Source of the DNA: Clostridia bacterium
GTDB lineage: Bacteria > Bacillota > Clostridia > Oscillospirales > CAG-272
Direction: 5' to 3'
Length of the DNA: 64,000 nucleotides
Assembly: GCA_017407835.1 (NCBI GenBank)
Contig: JAFQVV010000032.1
Span: forward strand, 20,353 to 84,352
Shown here: positions 28,284-36,288 of the stretch, piece after piece
Layout of the letters: each line of letters starts with the position of its first letter
Numbering within the stretch: position 1 is the stretch's first letter
Notes under the pieces: generated by a model
What the model was told of the DNA's origin: nothing
Database searches by the model: none
Seen by the model: the letters and a program-made list of their open reading frames with translations, nothing else
Made by a program: the position numbers and the translations under genes

Positions 28284-29042
28284 TTATTTTAGAAATTCCT
28301 TGATGATTTCCAAATTCTTCGACGCTTTCTGTGTTGAATAAGGGAACATTTCCGTTTCTTTTAAAATACTTTCATTAGCAAAATATTCAAGACACTCTTG
28401 AATTGCTGTCGCATACATTCGAATGTTATTTTGAAGAATCTCTGCTAACTCTTTTCCACTCAAAACGTTGCTCCTGCCAAGATTATAATCACGGCAAACC
28501 TCAAACGAGGGGAGCATGTCGATATATGTTTTGGCAGTCCGCACGTCCCCAAGGGTATAATAACAATATGATAAATCTCGAATAGTCTTAAACAAAAGCT
28601 CGGAATTTTTAGAAATATTCAAAATGCGGCGGTAAATATTGATTGCTTCCTGTTCATGCTCGGGATGTTGTTTAATTGTACCTCTCAAACTCCAAGCCAA
28701 CCAATACAAAATATCACAACTTGACGGATATTGAATCAAGGCATTGCGAAGCAGAATAACTGAATCGTCAAATTTATTCTCATTACAAAGGGATTGTGCT
28801 TTTTGGATGGTTTCGTCAATATCTTTCTCCTGTTTTGTTATGTCCACTCCCAAAAGGTAATCTGTAGAAACCTTGAAAATATTTGCTATAATGGGCAACA
28901 TTTCAATGTCAGGATACGAAGTTCCACATTCCCACTTGCTGACTGCTTGAGAAGTAATGCCGAGCATTTCCGCAATTTGTTCTTGTGTTAATTCTTGCAG
29001 TTTGCGAAGTTCTTTGAAATTATTAGAAAAACAATTATCCAT
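28284..29042 (-). CDS. XRE-family HTH regulator with C-terminal TPR-like helical repeat domain
   Basis: LRKLQELTQEQIAEMLGITSQAVSKWECGTSYP is an HTH_3 motif; the C-terminal 180 aa are helical-repeat-like. ATG at 29042 follows GGAGG. Local GC is about 33-40%. Confidence 0.7.
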   Translation of the reverse strand: MDNCFSNNFKELRKLQELTQEQIAEMLGITSQAVSKWECGTSYPDIEMLPIIANIFKVSTDYLLGVDITKQEKDIDETIQKAQSLCNENKFDDSVILLRNALIQYPSSCDILYWLAWSLRGTIKQHPEHEQEAINIYRRILNISKNSELLFKTIRDLSYCYYTLGDVRTAKTYIDMLPSFEVCRDYNLGRSNVLSGKELAEILQNNIRMYATAIQECLEYFANESILKETEMFPYSTQKASKNLEIIKEFLK

Positions 29043-29232
29043 AAAAGACCTCCAAAAATTATTTTTTGAACCGGTTCTGATTATATTATAACACCATTTT
29101 ATTAAAAGTCCAGATACAATCATTTGGATTTATTACAACTGACGGTTGGGTCTTCAAAAAAGAATAAAGCAGCATTTTACAGTTTCATTGCAAAATACTG
29201 CTTTATCGCAGGTGCGCCAAGGGCACTCGTTT

Positions 29233-30090
29233 TTATATCTTTTTTAATAAAAAGTGATAAAAGTCTTCGGCGTATATTGATTTGGGCTGCCTTTTGTGAA
29301 GCTCTATAATTAAATCTCTTTGGCATATAGGGTTTGAAATGGGGAGAAGGGTCAGATTTTTGTTCTGCAGCTTGCCCCACGAATATTCAGGCCAAAATGC
29401 AATCCCCGCACCCATACTGATGATGTTTTGCACGGCTATGGGAGAATCCGATTCAAAGATGATTTTCGGGTAAAATCCTGCGATGGAACAGAATTTATTG
29501 CATATTGCACCGAATAAACGGGTGCTTGAAAGCATAATAAAGCTTTCATTTCTTACGGTGCTCAATTCAATGGATTGTGCTTCGGCGTATTTTGAATCCT
29601 TGGGAACGGCGAGATAGATGTTTTCTTTTTTTACGCAGCGATGCAAATATGGTTTGGAATTGTCGGTATTAAGTCCATTGGTTGAGATCAGAATGTCGCA
29701 GTCGCATTTTAACTCATTCTGCTCAAAATCAAAGACAACATCGGGATTGTCTTTCCTGTAATCCATAATCGTATTGATGACAAAGGATGAAGCTGCCAAA
29801 ATATTCAGCTTCACGGTTTTTGTCACCGTTTCTTTTAATTGCTGCATCTCGATGGCGAGATTGTCAAATTCGGGCAATAACAGATCAAGCCGCTGTTTTA
29901 AGGTTTTGCCGAACTCGGTCAGGATTACTTTTCGTCCTTGGCGCTGAAAGAGAGGGATTCCAAGCTCGTTTTCCAGCGAATGTATGGCTTGTGTTAACGA
30001 TGGCTGTGAAATGTGTAAAATTTGCGCGGCGTTTGAAATGTGTTCGAGTTGTGCGGTCGTGTAAAAATATTTTAGCTTTTGGATATCCAT
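29233..30090 (-). CDS. LysR-family transcriptional regulator
   Basis: MDIQKLKYFYTTAQLEHISNAAQILHISQPSLTQAIHSLENELGIPLFQRQGRK is a canonical LysR HTH. Divergent from the 30199 gene. Confidence 0.85.
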   Translation of the reverse strand: MDIQKLKYFYTTAQLEHISNAAQILHISQPSLTQAIHSLENELGIPLFQRQGRKVILTEFGKTLKQRLDLLLPEFDNLAIEMQQLKETVTKTVKLNILAASSFVINTIMDYRKDNPDVVFDFEQNELKCDCDILISTNGLNTDNSKPYLHRCVKKENIYLAVPKDSKYAEAQSIELSTVRNESFIMLSSTRLFGAICNKFCSIAGFYPKIIFESDSPIAVQNIISMGAGIAFWPEYSWGKLQNKNLTLLPISNPICQRDLIIELHKRQPKSIYAEDFYHFLLKKI

Positions 30091-30198
30091 AAGCCCTCCA
30101 ATTGATAGGATTCTCCTATTGATTTCATCGATATTATATATTTTACTTTTGATTTTGTCAAGTGTATAATATAATCAAGAACAGATAGGGAGGCATTG

Positions 30199-30501
30199 AT
30201 GATGCAAATCTTCGAATTTATTATGCTCATATGCTTTGGGATATCCTGGCCGATCTCGGTATATAAAAGCATACGATCCAAATCCACAAAAGGGAAAAGC
30301 GCGGTGTTTATCATTGCGATTATTATCGGGTATATCTCAGGGATCATCGGCAAGATTGTCAATCATCAATTGACCTATGTTGTGGTGCTGTATTGTGTGA
30401 ATTTAATCGTCGTATCCATCGATCTCGGTTTGTACTTTTTTAACACCAAGCACGAAAAAACTGCTCAATATCCCCAAAAAACGACAGGAGATATGTCATG
30501 A
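30199..30501 (+). CDS. Small 3-TM membrane protein, PQ-loop/SemiSWEET-like
   Basis: WPISVYKSIRSKSTKGKS resembles the PQ-loop motif (PQxxxxxKxKSxxGxS); about 100 aa with 3 hydrophobic helices. RBS GGGAGG. Confidence 0.45.
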   Translation: MMQIFEFIMLICFGISWPISVYKSIRSKSTKGKSAVFIIAIIIGYISGIIGKIVNHQLTYVVVLYCVNLIVVSIDLGLYFFNTKHEKTAQYPQKTTGDMS

Positions 30502-31052
30502 AAGAGAATGTACGCACACAAGCCAACGCGATGAAGGGAATCAACGATATTACCATGAAGGGTGAGATCGTGGTATTTGGATCTACCTATATGTCGAGCT
30601 TTCCGCTCTATGAGCTCTTTAACAAATGTATGTTTGAAAACGCTGTGTACAACCGCAGTATCGAGGGCTTGACCGTGAAGGAGGCGTTGGAGATCGTTCG
30701 AGATTGCGTGATTGAGATTCATCCGAGTAAGATATTTTTAGCGCTGGGAGAGGAGGACGAAAATGATCCGGATGTGATGAACGAATACACCGCCCTCGTT
30801 TCCGAACTTCGCTCACAGCTGCCCGAGTGTAAACTTTATTTGATTGCCTTGACAGGTGCGGGAATGTATGTTGAGCGTTTTAACCGAGGGATTATGCAGC
30901 TTTGCGATGGGAAAACAATAAAATATATCGATTTTATCTCCAAGCGAACGTCAGAGATGGCATTGTATCGAGCAAGATTTAAACAATTAAGCTGTTTTTT
31001 TCGCGACAGACCGTTAACCATGAGTGAGGCACTTGTGATGGCGGATATTTGA
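30498..31052 (+). CDS. SGNH/GDSL-hydrolase-like protein with degenerate catalytic blocks
   Basis: VVFGSTYM (block I-like), NRSIEGLT (block II-like) and LALGEEDEN (block III, GxND changed to GEED); no DxxH block V seen. ATGA overlap with the upstream gene. Confidence 0.4.
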   Translation: MKENVRTQANAMKGINDITMKGEIVVFGSTYMSSFPLYELFNKCMFENAVYNRSIEGLTVKEALEIVRDCVIEIHPSKIFLALGEEDENDPDVMNEYTALVSELRSQLPECKLYLIALTGAGMYVERFNRGIMQLCDGKTIKYIDFISKRTSEMALYRARFKQLSCFFRDRPLTMSEALVMADI

Positions 31053-31096
31053 TCTTCATATGAGATTCACGCAAAATTGGGAGATGCTTTCGTATG

Positions 31097-31107
31097 GAAA
31101 GTCCATC
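31097..31107 (+). repeat. Right copy of the 11-bp direct repeat GAAAGTCCATC
   Basis: Identical to 28206-28216. Lies at the transition from about 40% GC to about 60% GC. Confidence 0.5.
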
Positions 31108-31124
31108 AAAGACATGATTTTTTC

Positions 31125-31153
31125 TTGACATCGTCAGGAGATTATGGTATCAT
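31125..31153 (+). promoter_or_regulatory. Promoter for xylB
   Basis: TTGACA, 17-nt spacer, TGgTATCAT extended -10. Confidence 0.55.
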
Positions 31154-31252
31154 TGACCTATAAAAAATTCGGTGAGGTTTCTTGATGAATATGATCCAAT
31201 CTCCTTCTTTTGCAGATCTGCTTTTGCCCGGCTGTGCCGGGGGAGGTGTGCA

Positions 31253-32788
31253 ATGAGCCGCCCCCTGCTGCTCGGTGTCGATATCGGCACCTCTGGTACA
31301 AAGGCTGTTATTTATACGTCCGAAGGGTGGACAGTGGCCGAAGCGACGCGCAGTTATCCGATGGAACAGCCACAGACAGGCTGGGCAGAGCAGCATCCCA
31401 CGTTGTGGTGGAATGCGGTTTGCGCTTGCCTGCGTGAGCTGACCGATCGCTCTGACATTGATCCCCGTGACATCGTTTCGCTGGGACTGTCGGGGCAGAT
31501 GCACGGTTTGGTTTTGCTGGATGCCGACGGTGAGCCGACGGCTCCTGCCATTCTCTGGTGTGATACCCGTGTGCTTGCCGAGTGCGACGAGATCGAAGCG
31601 ATTTTCGGCGGGGAACTGCTGACCTCGGTCACAGGAAACCGTGCACTGGCGAATTTCACGGCGCCGAAGCTGCTTTGGATGCGCCGTCATGCGCCCGACG
31701 CTGTCCGTGCCGCCAAACATCTGCTGCTGCCCAAGGATTATATCCGTTTCCGCTTGACGGGAAAATATGCCGCCGAGCCCTCTGATGCCTGCGGAACGCT
31801 TTTCTATGATACACGGCGATTCTGCTGGTCCGAGGAGATTTGCCGCGGCTTGCATATCGACGCATCGCTGCTGCCGCCCCTTGTGGCTTCCTCCGATGTG
31901 GTGGGCGGACTGACCGCTGAGGCGGCGGCCGCCACGGGACTTCCCGAGGGACTTCCCGTTGTCGGCGGCGCGGGCGACAATGCGGCAACGGCCGTCGGTG
32001 TCGGTGCCGTTGTGCATGGACGCGCTTTTGTGACAATCGGAACAAGCGGAAATGTGTATACCCATACAAACAGTTTTTCCTCCGATCCCGATGGACGGTT
32101 CCATACGTTTTGTTCGGCAGTGCCGGGCGAGTGGGTATTTCTCGGTGCGGTACAGTCAGCCGGACTGAATCTGCGCTGGTTCCGCGAAAATTGCTGCGGA
32201 TCGTTGGATGCCGACGCGGCGGCGCTGGGCAAAGATCCCTATCTGCTGCTTGATGAAGAGGCGGACGCTCTTTGCCCCGGCTCGGATGGGCTTTTCTATC
32301 TCCCCTATTTGCTTGGCGAGCGCACCCCGCATCTGGATCCGCACGCGCGGGGATGTTTTATCGGTCTTCGTCCGAGTCACGGGCGGGGGGCAATGTCTCG
32401 CGCCGTGATGGAAGGCGTCAGCTTCGCGCTGGCAGATTGCCTGCGTCTGTTTGATGCGCGCGGCGTACGTGTGGATCATATCACTGCCTGCGGCGGTGGG
32501 GGAAGAAGCCAACTTTGGCGGCAAATGCTGGCAGATATTTTTGCCTGCCCCATTGCTGAGCCGTCTGTGCGCGAGAGCGCGGCGTTTGGCGCTGCATTGC
32601 TCGGTGCGGTCGGTGTGGGAATGTATGCCGATATTCCTTCTGCTTGCCGCGCACTCTGCGGTGTGAACAGCATATCAACGCCCATCCGCGGGCAAGAATA
32701 TGCCGAGGTTTATCGCGTTTGGCGCCAACTCTATCCAGCGCTCAAAGATGCATTTGCCGAGATCGACGCACTGCAGAACAAACAGTAA
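31253..32788 (+). CDS. xylB: Xylulokinase (FGGY carbohydrate kinase family)
   Basis: LLLGVDIGTSGTKAVIY, GLSGQMHGLVLLD and ILWCDTR are typical of XylB. ATG at 31253 follows GGGAGG. Confidence 0.75.
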   Translation: MSRPLLLGVDIGTSGTKAVIYTSEGWTVAEATRSYPMEQPQTGWAEQHPTLWWNAVCACLRELTDRSDIDPRDIVSLGLSGQMHGLVLLDADGEPTAPAILWCDTRVLAECDEIEAIFGGELLTSVTGNRALANFTAPKLLWMRRHAPDAVRAAKHLLLPKDYIRFRLTGKYAAEPSDACGTLFYDTRRFCWSEEICRGLHIDASLLPPLVASSDVVGGLTAEAAAATGLPEGLPVVGGAGDNAATAVGVGAVVHGRAFVTIGTSGNVYTHTNSFSSDPDGRFHTFCSAVPGEWVFLGAVQSAGLNLRWFRENCCGSLDADAAALGKDPYLLLDEEADALCPGSDGLFYLPYLLGERTPHLDPHARGCFIGLRPSHGRGAMSRAVMEGVSFALADCLRLFDARGVRVDHITACGGGGRSQLWRQMLADIFACPIAEPSVRESAAFGAALLGAVGVGMYADIPSACRALCGVNSISTPIRGQEYAEVYRVWRQLYPALKDAFAEIDALQNKQ

Positions 32789-32851
32789 GCAAAAAACGGG
32801 AAGTTGGGTGAGCAAGGTTTCTTTCATTTTGAACAAAGGAGAATTTATGCC

Positions 32852-33598
32852 ATGCAGAAAATCAAAGTGACGATCTGGAATGAATTCCGCCATGAAAAAA
32901 CGAAGGAAAATGTAAAAGCCCTTTATCCCAATGGCTTGCACGCCGTTATCGGTGAATTTCTTGCCCGAACGGGGGAGATGGAGGTTACACTTGCCGCCCT
33001 CGATGATCCTGCCCAGGGTTTGCCCGAGGATGTATTGGAGAATACCGAGGTTATGCTTTGGTGGGGACATATGGCACATCACGAAGTTGACGATGCGCTG
33101 GTCAGTCGGATTCAAGCCCGTGTTTACGCGGGGAAAATGGGTTTCATCGCCCTCCATTCCGGCCACCATTCCAAGCCCTTCCGTGCCATCGTGGGTACCA
33201 ATGGCAATTTGTCCTGGGGGCGCAATCAGAAGGAGATCGTCTGGAATATGATGTCCTCCCACCCCATCGCCGCCGGCATCCCGGACCACTTCCTGCTGGA
33301 GGAAGAAGAACTCTATTCCGAGCCCTTCTACATTCCCCAGCCCGATGCGCTGGTCTTCGGCAGTTGGTTCGAGGACGGACACATTTTTCGTTCAGGTGTC
33401 TGCTTCATCCGCGGGGCGGGGAAGGTCTTCTACTTCCAGCCGGGGCATGAGACTTGCCCTTCCTTCTATAATCCCTATGTTCAACGCATCATCACCAATG
33501 CGGTATATTGGGCAAAACCCGGTGAGATTGGATACCCCATCGGTGAGGGATGTCCCCACATTACCAGCGCCGTGACCGATAAATTCGGTGCAAAATAA
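32852..33598 (+). CDS. ThuA-domain (trehalose-utilisation-like) protein
   Basis: KVTIWNEFRHEK...MLWWGHMAHHEV...ALHSGHHSKPF...FYFQPGHE pattern of the ThuA family. ATG at 32852 follows AAAGGAG. Confidence 0.7.
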   Translation: MQKIKVTIWNEFRHEKTKENVKALYPNGLHAVIGEFLARTGEMEVTLAALDDPAQGLPEDVLENTEVMLWWGHMAHHEVDDALVSRIQARVYAGKMGFIALHSGHHSKPFRAIVGTNGNLSWGRNQKEIVWNMMSSHPIAAGIPDHFLLEEEELYSEPFYIPQPDALVFGSWFEDGHIFRSGVCFIRGAGKVFYFQPGHETCPSFYNPYVQRIITNAVYWAKPGEIGYPIGEGCPHITSAVTDKFGAK

Positions 33599-33602
33599 AG
33601 CG

Positions 33603-33639
33603 AAAAAGGAGCCGCGTCAGCCGATGCGGCTCCTTTTCT
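33603..33639. terminator. Bidirectional intrinsic terminator
   Basis: 10-bp stem AAGGAGCCGC/GCGGCTCCTT flanked by an A-run and a T-run. Confidence 0.8.
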
Positions 33640-33643
33640 ACGG

Positions 33644-34270
33644 TTACAGCTCCCTTCTGCGGTAGAAGACTATCGAGAGATACCAGGAGAGGGCAAAGAT
33701 GCCTGCACCCACCAGGCAGAGAACGGGCAGAACGGAAACCAGATTGGTCGCTGCTTCTGTTTTGGTGGAGAGAATATTGGCCATGGTGACGCTTCCACCG
33801 CTGACTACGCCCACCATGATGAGATAGGCCAATCGGCCCTTTTCTACCCCAAACTTGAACATAAATGGCAGACTGATGGAGGATGCAATCAGGGAAAGCA
33901 TCAGCAGGCTCATCATCATGGAGAGAAATTCCCCCGGGTAGAAGATTCCATCTATGCCCATACGAATGGCGTGTGCTGCCCCCATAACAAGAAGGATGGC
34001 AAGCTGGGCGAAGAGACCGATGAGATATTTTGCGCTGACCATTTGTGCCCGGGTATAGGGCAAGGTTTCGCAGTACTGCAGCCATTTGCTCCGTTCGTCA
34101 TACCCCAGCAGATTTACGGGGAGCATACCGCAGAGCAGACAGGGATAGAACACGAGAAACAGATTTTCAGGGTTCATAAAGGACACCACGCAAAAAACGA
34201 TGGACATAAACAGATAGATCCGGCCGTACTTGACCATCATATACAGATCTTTGAGCAGAAGTCCTTGCAT
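33644..34270 (-). CDS. ABC-2 type transporter permease
   Basis: 208 aa, 6 hydrophobic helices, immediately downstream of the ABC ATPase gene (stop and start adjacent). Confidence 0.7.
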   Translation of the reverse strand: MQGLLLKDLYMMVKYGRIYLFMSIVFCVVSFMNPENLFLVFYPCLLCGMLPVNLLGYDERSKWLQYCETLPYTRAQMVSAKYLIGLFAQLAILLVMGAAHAIRMGIDGIFYPGEFLSMMMSLLMLSLIASSISLPFMFKFGVEKGRLAYLIMVGVVSGGSVTMANILSTKTEAATNLVSVLPVLCLVGAGIFALSWYLSIVFYRRREL

Positions 34271-35113
34271 TTATTTCGCCTCCTTGACCATGAATACGAA
34301 CAGCTCCTCAATGCTGATGGGGCTGATTTTGAAGGTGTTGGGGATATGTTCCCGCAATACGATGGCCTCCACCCCGTAGGGTGTTACCTTGGTGTGCAGA
34401 ATGGCTCTGAGTTCCAGTTCTCCGAGTTGCTCGGGCGTGCAGTGAACGATCCCGTAGGCCGACAGCAGGGCATCCTTTTCCTCACAGAGTATGAGCTTGC
34501 CCCGGTGCAGGAAAGCCACGTAATCGCAGAGTTTTTCCAGGTCGCTGACGATGTGGGAGGACATGAGGATGGCGTGGTTTTCGTCCCGGGTGAAATCGTG
34601 GAACATCTCTACCACCTCGTCCCGCACCACGGGATCCAGGCCGCCCGTGGGTTCGTCCAGCAAAAGCAGCCGGGCATGGTGGGACATGGCGATGGCAATG
34701 CTCAGTTTCATCTTCATACCCCGGGAGAAATCTTTGAAGGGCTTTTTGTGGGGAAGGGCGAACTGATCCAGCAGGCGAGCATATTCTTCTCTGTCCCAAC
34801 GGCGGAAAGTGTGGCGCATGATCTTGCCCACCTGGTCGGCGGTGAGGCACTCGGGGATTCCCGCCTCGTCCATCACCACGCCGATGTCCTCCTTGAGAAG
34901 ATGGATATCCTCGCGGTTGTCCTGTCCGAACAGGGTGACGGTGCCGCCGTTTCGGTAGAGCATATTCAAAATCAGCTTGATGGTGGTAGTTTTTCCTGCC
35001 CCGTTCTCCCCGATCAAGCCCATGATGCAGCCGCAGGGCAGGGTGAGATTGAGGTTGTCCAAATGAAATCCCGAGAAGGTTATGCTTAGATCTTTGATTT
35101 CCAATGCGTTCAT
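34271..35113 (-). CDS. ABC transporter ATP-binding protein
   Basis: Walker A GENGAGKTT, signature FSRGMKMKL, Walker B LLLLDEP. Confidence 0.9.
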   Translation of the reverse strand: MNALEIKDLSITFSGFHLDNLNLTLPCGCIMGLIGENGAGKTTTIKLILNMLYRNGGTVTLFGQDNREDIHLLKEDIGVVMDEAGIPECLTADQVGKIMRHTFRRWDREEYARLLDQFALPHKKPFKDFSRGMKMKLSIAIAMSHHARLLLLDEPTGGLDPVVRDEVVEMFHDFTRDENHAILMSSHIVSDLEKLCDYVAFLHRGKLILCEEKDALLSAYGIVHCTPEQLGELELRAILHTKVTPYGVEAIVLREHIPNTFKISPISIEELFVFMVKEAK

Positions 35114-35487
35114 GTCTGTTCCTCCATGATAAATGTGACCATTTCGATGACGTCCTCACGGCTTAGCTTGCAGGATACGGCCAGCCGCGCGATTTGGACC
35201 ATGTGGTCTTCGATTTTTTTGAGGTTTTCCTCCCGCAGGAGCTCCACATTTTTCGGTGCCACATAGCATCCTTTGGCAGGAAGGGTGTAGATGAAGCCCT
35301 CCCTTTCCAGCTCGTCGTAGGCCCTCTTGGTGGTGATGAAGCTGATGCGCAGGTCCTTGGCCAGCCTCCGTATGGAGGGCAGCATCTCATCCGCCGCCAG
35401 CTCGCCGCCGATGATCTGGTTTTTGATCTGGATATAGATCTGATTATAGATGGGTTCGCCGCTTTTATTGTCGATAAATATATTCAC
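35110..35487 (-). CDS. GntR-family (YtrA-like) transcriptional regulator
   Basis: PIYNQIYIQIKNQIIGGEL...LPSIRRLAKDLRISFITTKRAYDELEREGFI. GTG start; ATGA overlap with the ABC ATPase gene. Confidence 0.85.
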   Translation of the reverse strand: MNIFIDNKSGEPIYNQIYIQIKNQIIGGELAADEMLPSIRRLAKDLRISFITTKRAYDELEREGFIYTLPAKGCYVAPKNVELLREENLKKIEDHMVQIARLAVSCKLSREDVIEMVTFIMEEQT

Positions 35488-35506
35488 GCCGTCACCTCTG
35501 TTATAA

Positions 35507-35529
35507 CTGTATATTTATATTATATACAG
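35507..35529. promoter_or_regulatory. Palindromic operator candidate overlapping the GntR-operon -10 box
   Basis: CTGTATAT-TTATATT-ATATACAG: perfect 8-bp arms with a 7-nt spacer. Confidence 0.5.
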
Positions 35530-35547
35530 ATGAATCGGATTTGTCAA
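35519..35547 (-). promoter_or_regulatory. Promoter of the GntR-ABC operon
   Basis: Minus strand TTGACA (35547-35542), 17-nt spacer, TATAAT (35524-35519). Confidence 0.65.
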
Positions 35548-35580
35548 GAGAGGAAATTGCAGATACGGGCGAAAAAATAG

Positions 35581-35616
35581 GAAAAAGAGTACCCGGCCGG
35601 ACGGCAGGGCACTCCC
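35581..35616 (-). terminator. Intrinsic terminator of the DtxR-family gene
   Basis: 8-bp stem GAGUGCCC/GGGUACUC (one G-U pair) followed by TTTTTCCTATTTTTT on the minus strand. Confidence 0.65.
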
Positions 35617-35640
35617 TCTGGAAAGACGTGCATTTGGGAG

Positions 35641-36012
35641 TTATTCCCAGTTTTCTTTCATATATTTGCGAATGCAGGCGAAGCTCTCTTCACTGAGGAC
35701 GTGTTCAATACGGCAGGCATCGTTTGAGGCGGTTTCATTGCTGACGCCGAGGCGAACAAGCAGATTGTGCAGGATGTCATGCCGTTCGTATACGCGTTCG
35801 GCGATTTCGCGGCCGCTTGGGGTGAGCGAAATATGCTGAAACTCATCAATGGTGATATACCCATTTTCCCGCAGTCGTTTCATGGCAATGCTCACACTGG
35901 GCTTGGAAAAGCCGAGTGCATTGGCAATATCGATGGCGTGGACACCGTTGCGCTGTTTGCCCAGAATATATATGGTTTCCAGATAATTTTCAGCCGATTC
36001 CAAAACTTTCAT
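35641..36012 (-). CDS. DtxR/MntR-family metal-dependent transcriptional repressor
   Basis: ENYLETIYILGKQRNGVHAIDIANALGFSKPSVSIAMKRLRENGYI plus the RIEHVLS metal-site region. ATG at 36012 follows GAGAGGAGG. Confidence 0.75.
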   Translation of the reverse strand: MKVLESAENYLETIYILGKQRNGVHAIDIANALGFSKPSVSIAMKRLRENGYITIDEFQHISLTPSGREIAERVYERHDILHNLLVRLGVSNETASNDACRIEHVLSEESFACIRKYMKENWE

Positions 36013-36039
36013 CAGACATCCTCCTCTCTGTGGTATGTA

Positions 36040-36059
36040 CATATTGTACCATATTGTAC
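36040..36059. repeat. Perfect tandem 10-mer CATATTGTAC x2 inside the DtxR-family gene promoter
   Basis: 36040-36049 and 36050-36059 are identical. They overlap the -10 box and are preceded by the palindrome ATGTACAT. Confidence 0.7.
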
Positions 36060-36071
36060 GTGCGCTGTCAA
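36043..36071 (-). promoter_or_regulatory. Promoter of the DtxR-family gene
   Basis: Minus strand TTGACA (36071-36066), 17-nt spacer, TGgTACAAT (36048-36043). Confidence 0.6.
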
Positions 36072-36114
36072 GCACCGCGGCGTGCAAAGAAATGCAGAGG
36101 ATTGCGATCGGTAC

Positions 36115-36143
36115 TTGATTTTTTCGGTAAATTTTGATATACT
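36115..36143 (+). promoter_or_regulatory. Plus-strand promoter upstream of (and antisense to) tRNA-Thr; candidate rsmA promoter
   Basis: TTGATT (36115-36120), 17-nt spacer, TGaTATACT extended -10 (36135-36143). Confidence 0.45.
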
Positions 36144-36160
36144 ATAGATATGATGTGCAC

Positions 36161-36197
36161 AGAAAACAAAAAGCACCCGATCATACGACCGAGTGCT
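36161..36197 (-). terminator. Intrinsic terminator of tRNA-Thr
   Basis: Minus strand AGCACUCGG/UCGGGUGCU stem (9 bp, two G-U pairs) followed by UUUUUGUUUUCU. Confidence 0.7.
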
Positions 36198-36202
36198 GAT
36201 GG

Positions 36203-36278
36203 TGGAGCTGGTGATGTGACTCGAACACACGACCTGCTGATTACGAATCAGCTGCACTACCGACTGTGCTACACCAGC
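36203..36278 (-). tRNA. tRNA-Thr (anticodon CGU), CCA encoded
   Basis: Manual cloverleaf. Acceptor GCTGGTG/CACCAGC. D stem GCAC/GTGC. Anticodon stem GCTGA/TCAGC with loop TTCGTAA. T arm GTGTG-TTCGAGT-CACAT. Discriminator T plus CCA; 76 nt. Confidence 0.9.
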
Positions 36279-36288
36279 GAACAGATCT

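Noticed and set aside
31142-32104. 320-aa minus-strand ORF antisense to xylB, plus similar shadows elsewhere. These are 826..1899 vs nadE, 5018..6040 and 6071..7084 vs the lipoprotein/DUF2156 genes, 25491..26513 vs GT4, 33971..35089 vs the ABC genes, 48670..49779 vs ffh, and 52362..53339 vs dxs.
   Set aside because: Each overlaps a gene with strong family motifs on the other strand, lacks an SD sequence and has an Arg/Gly-rich composition.
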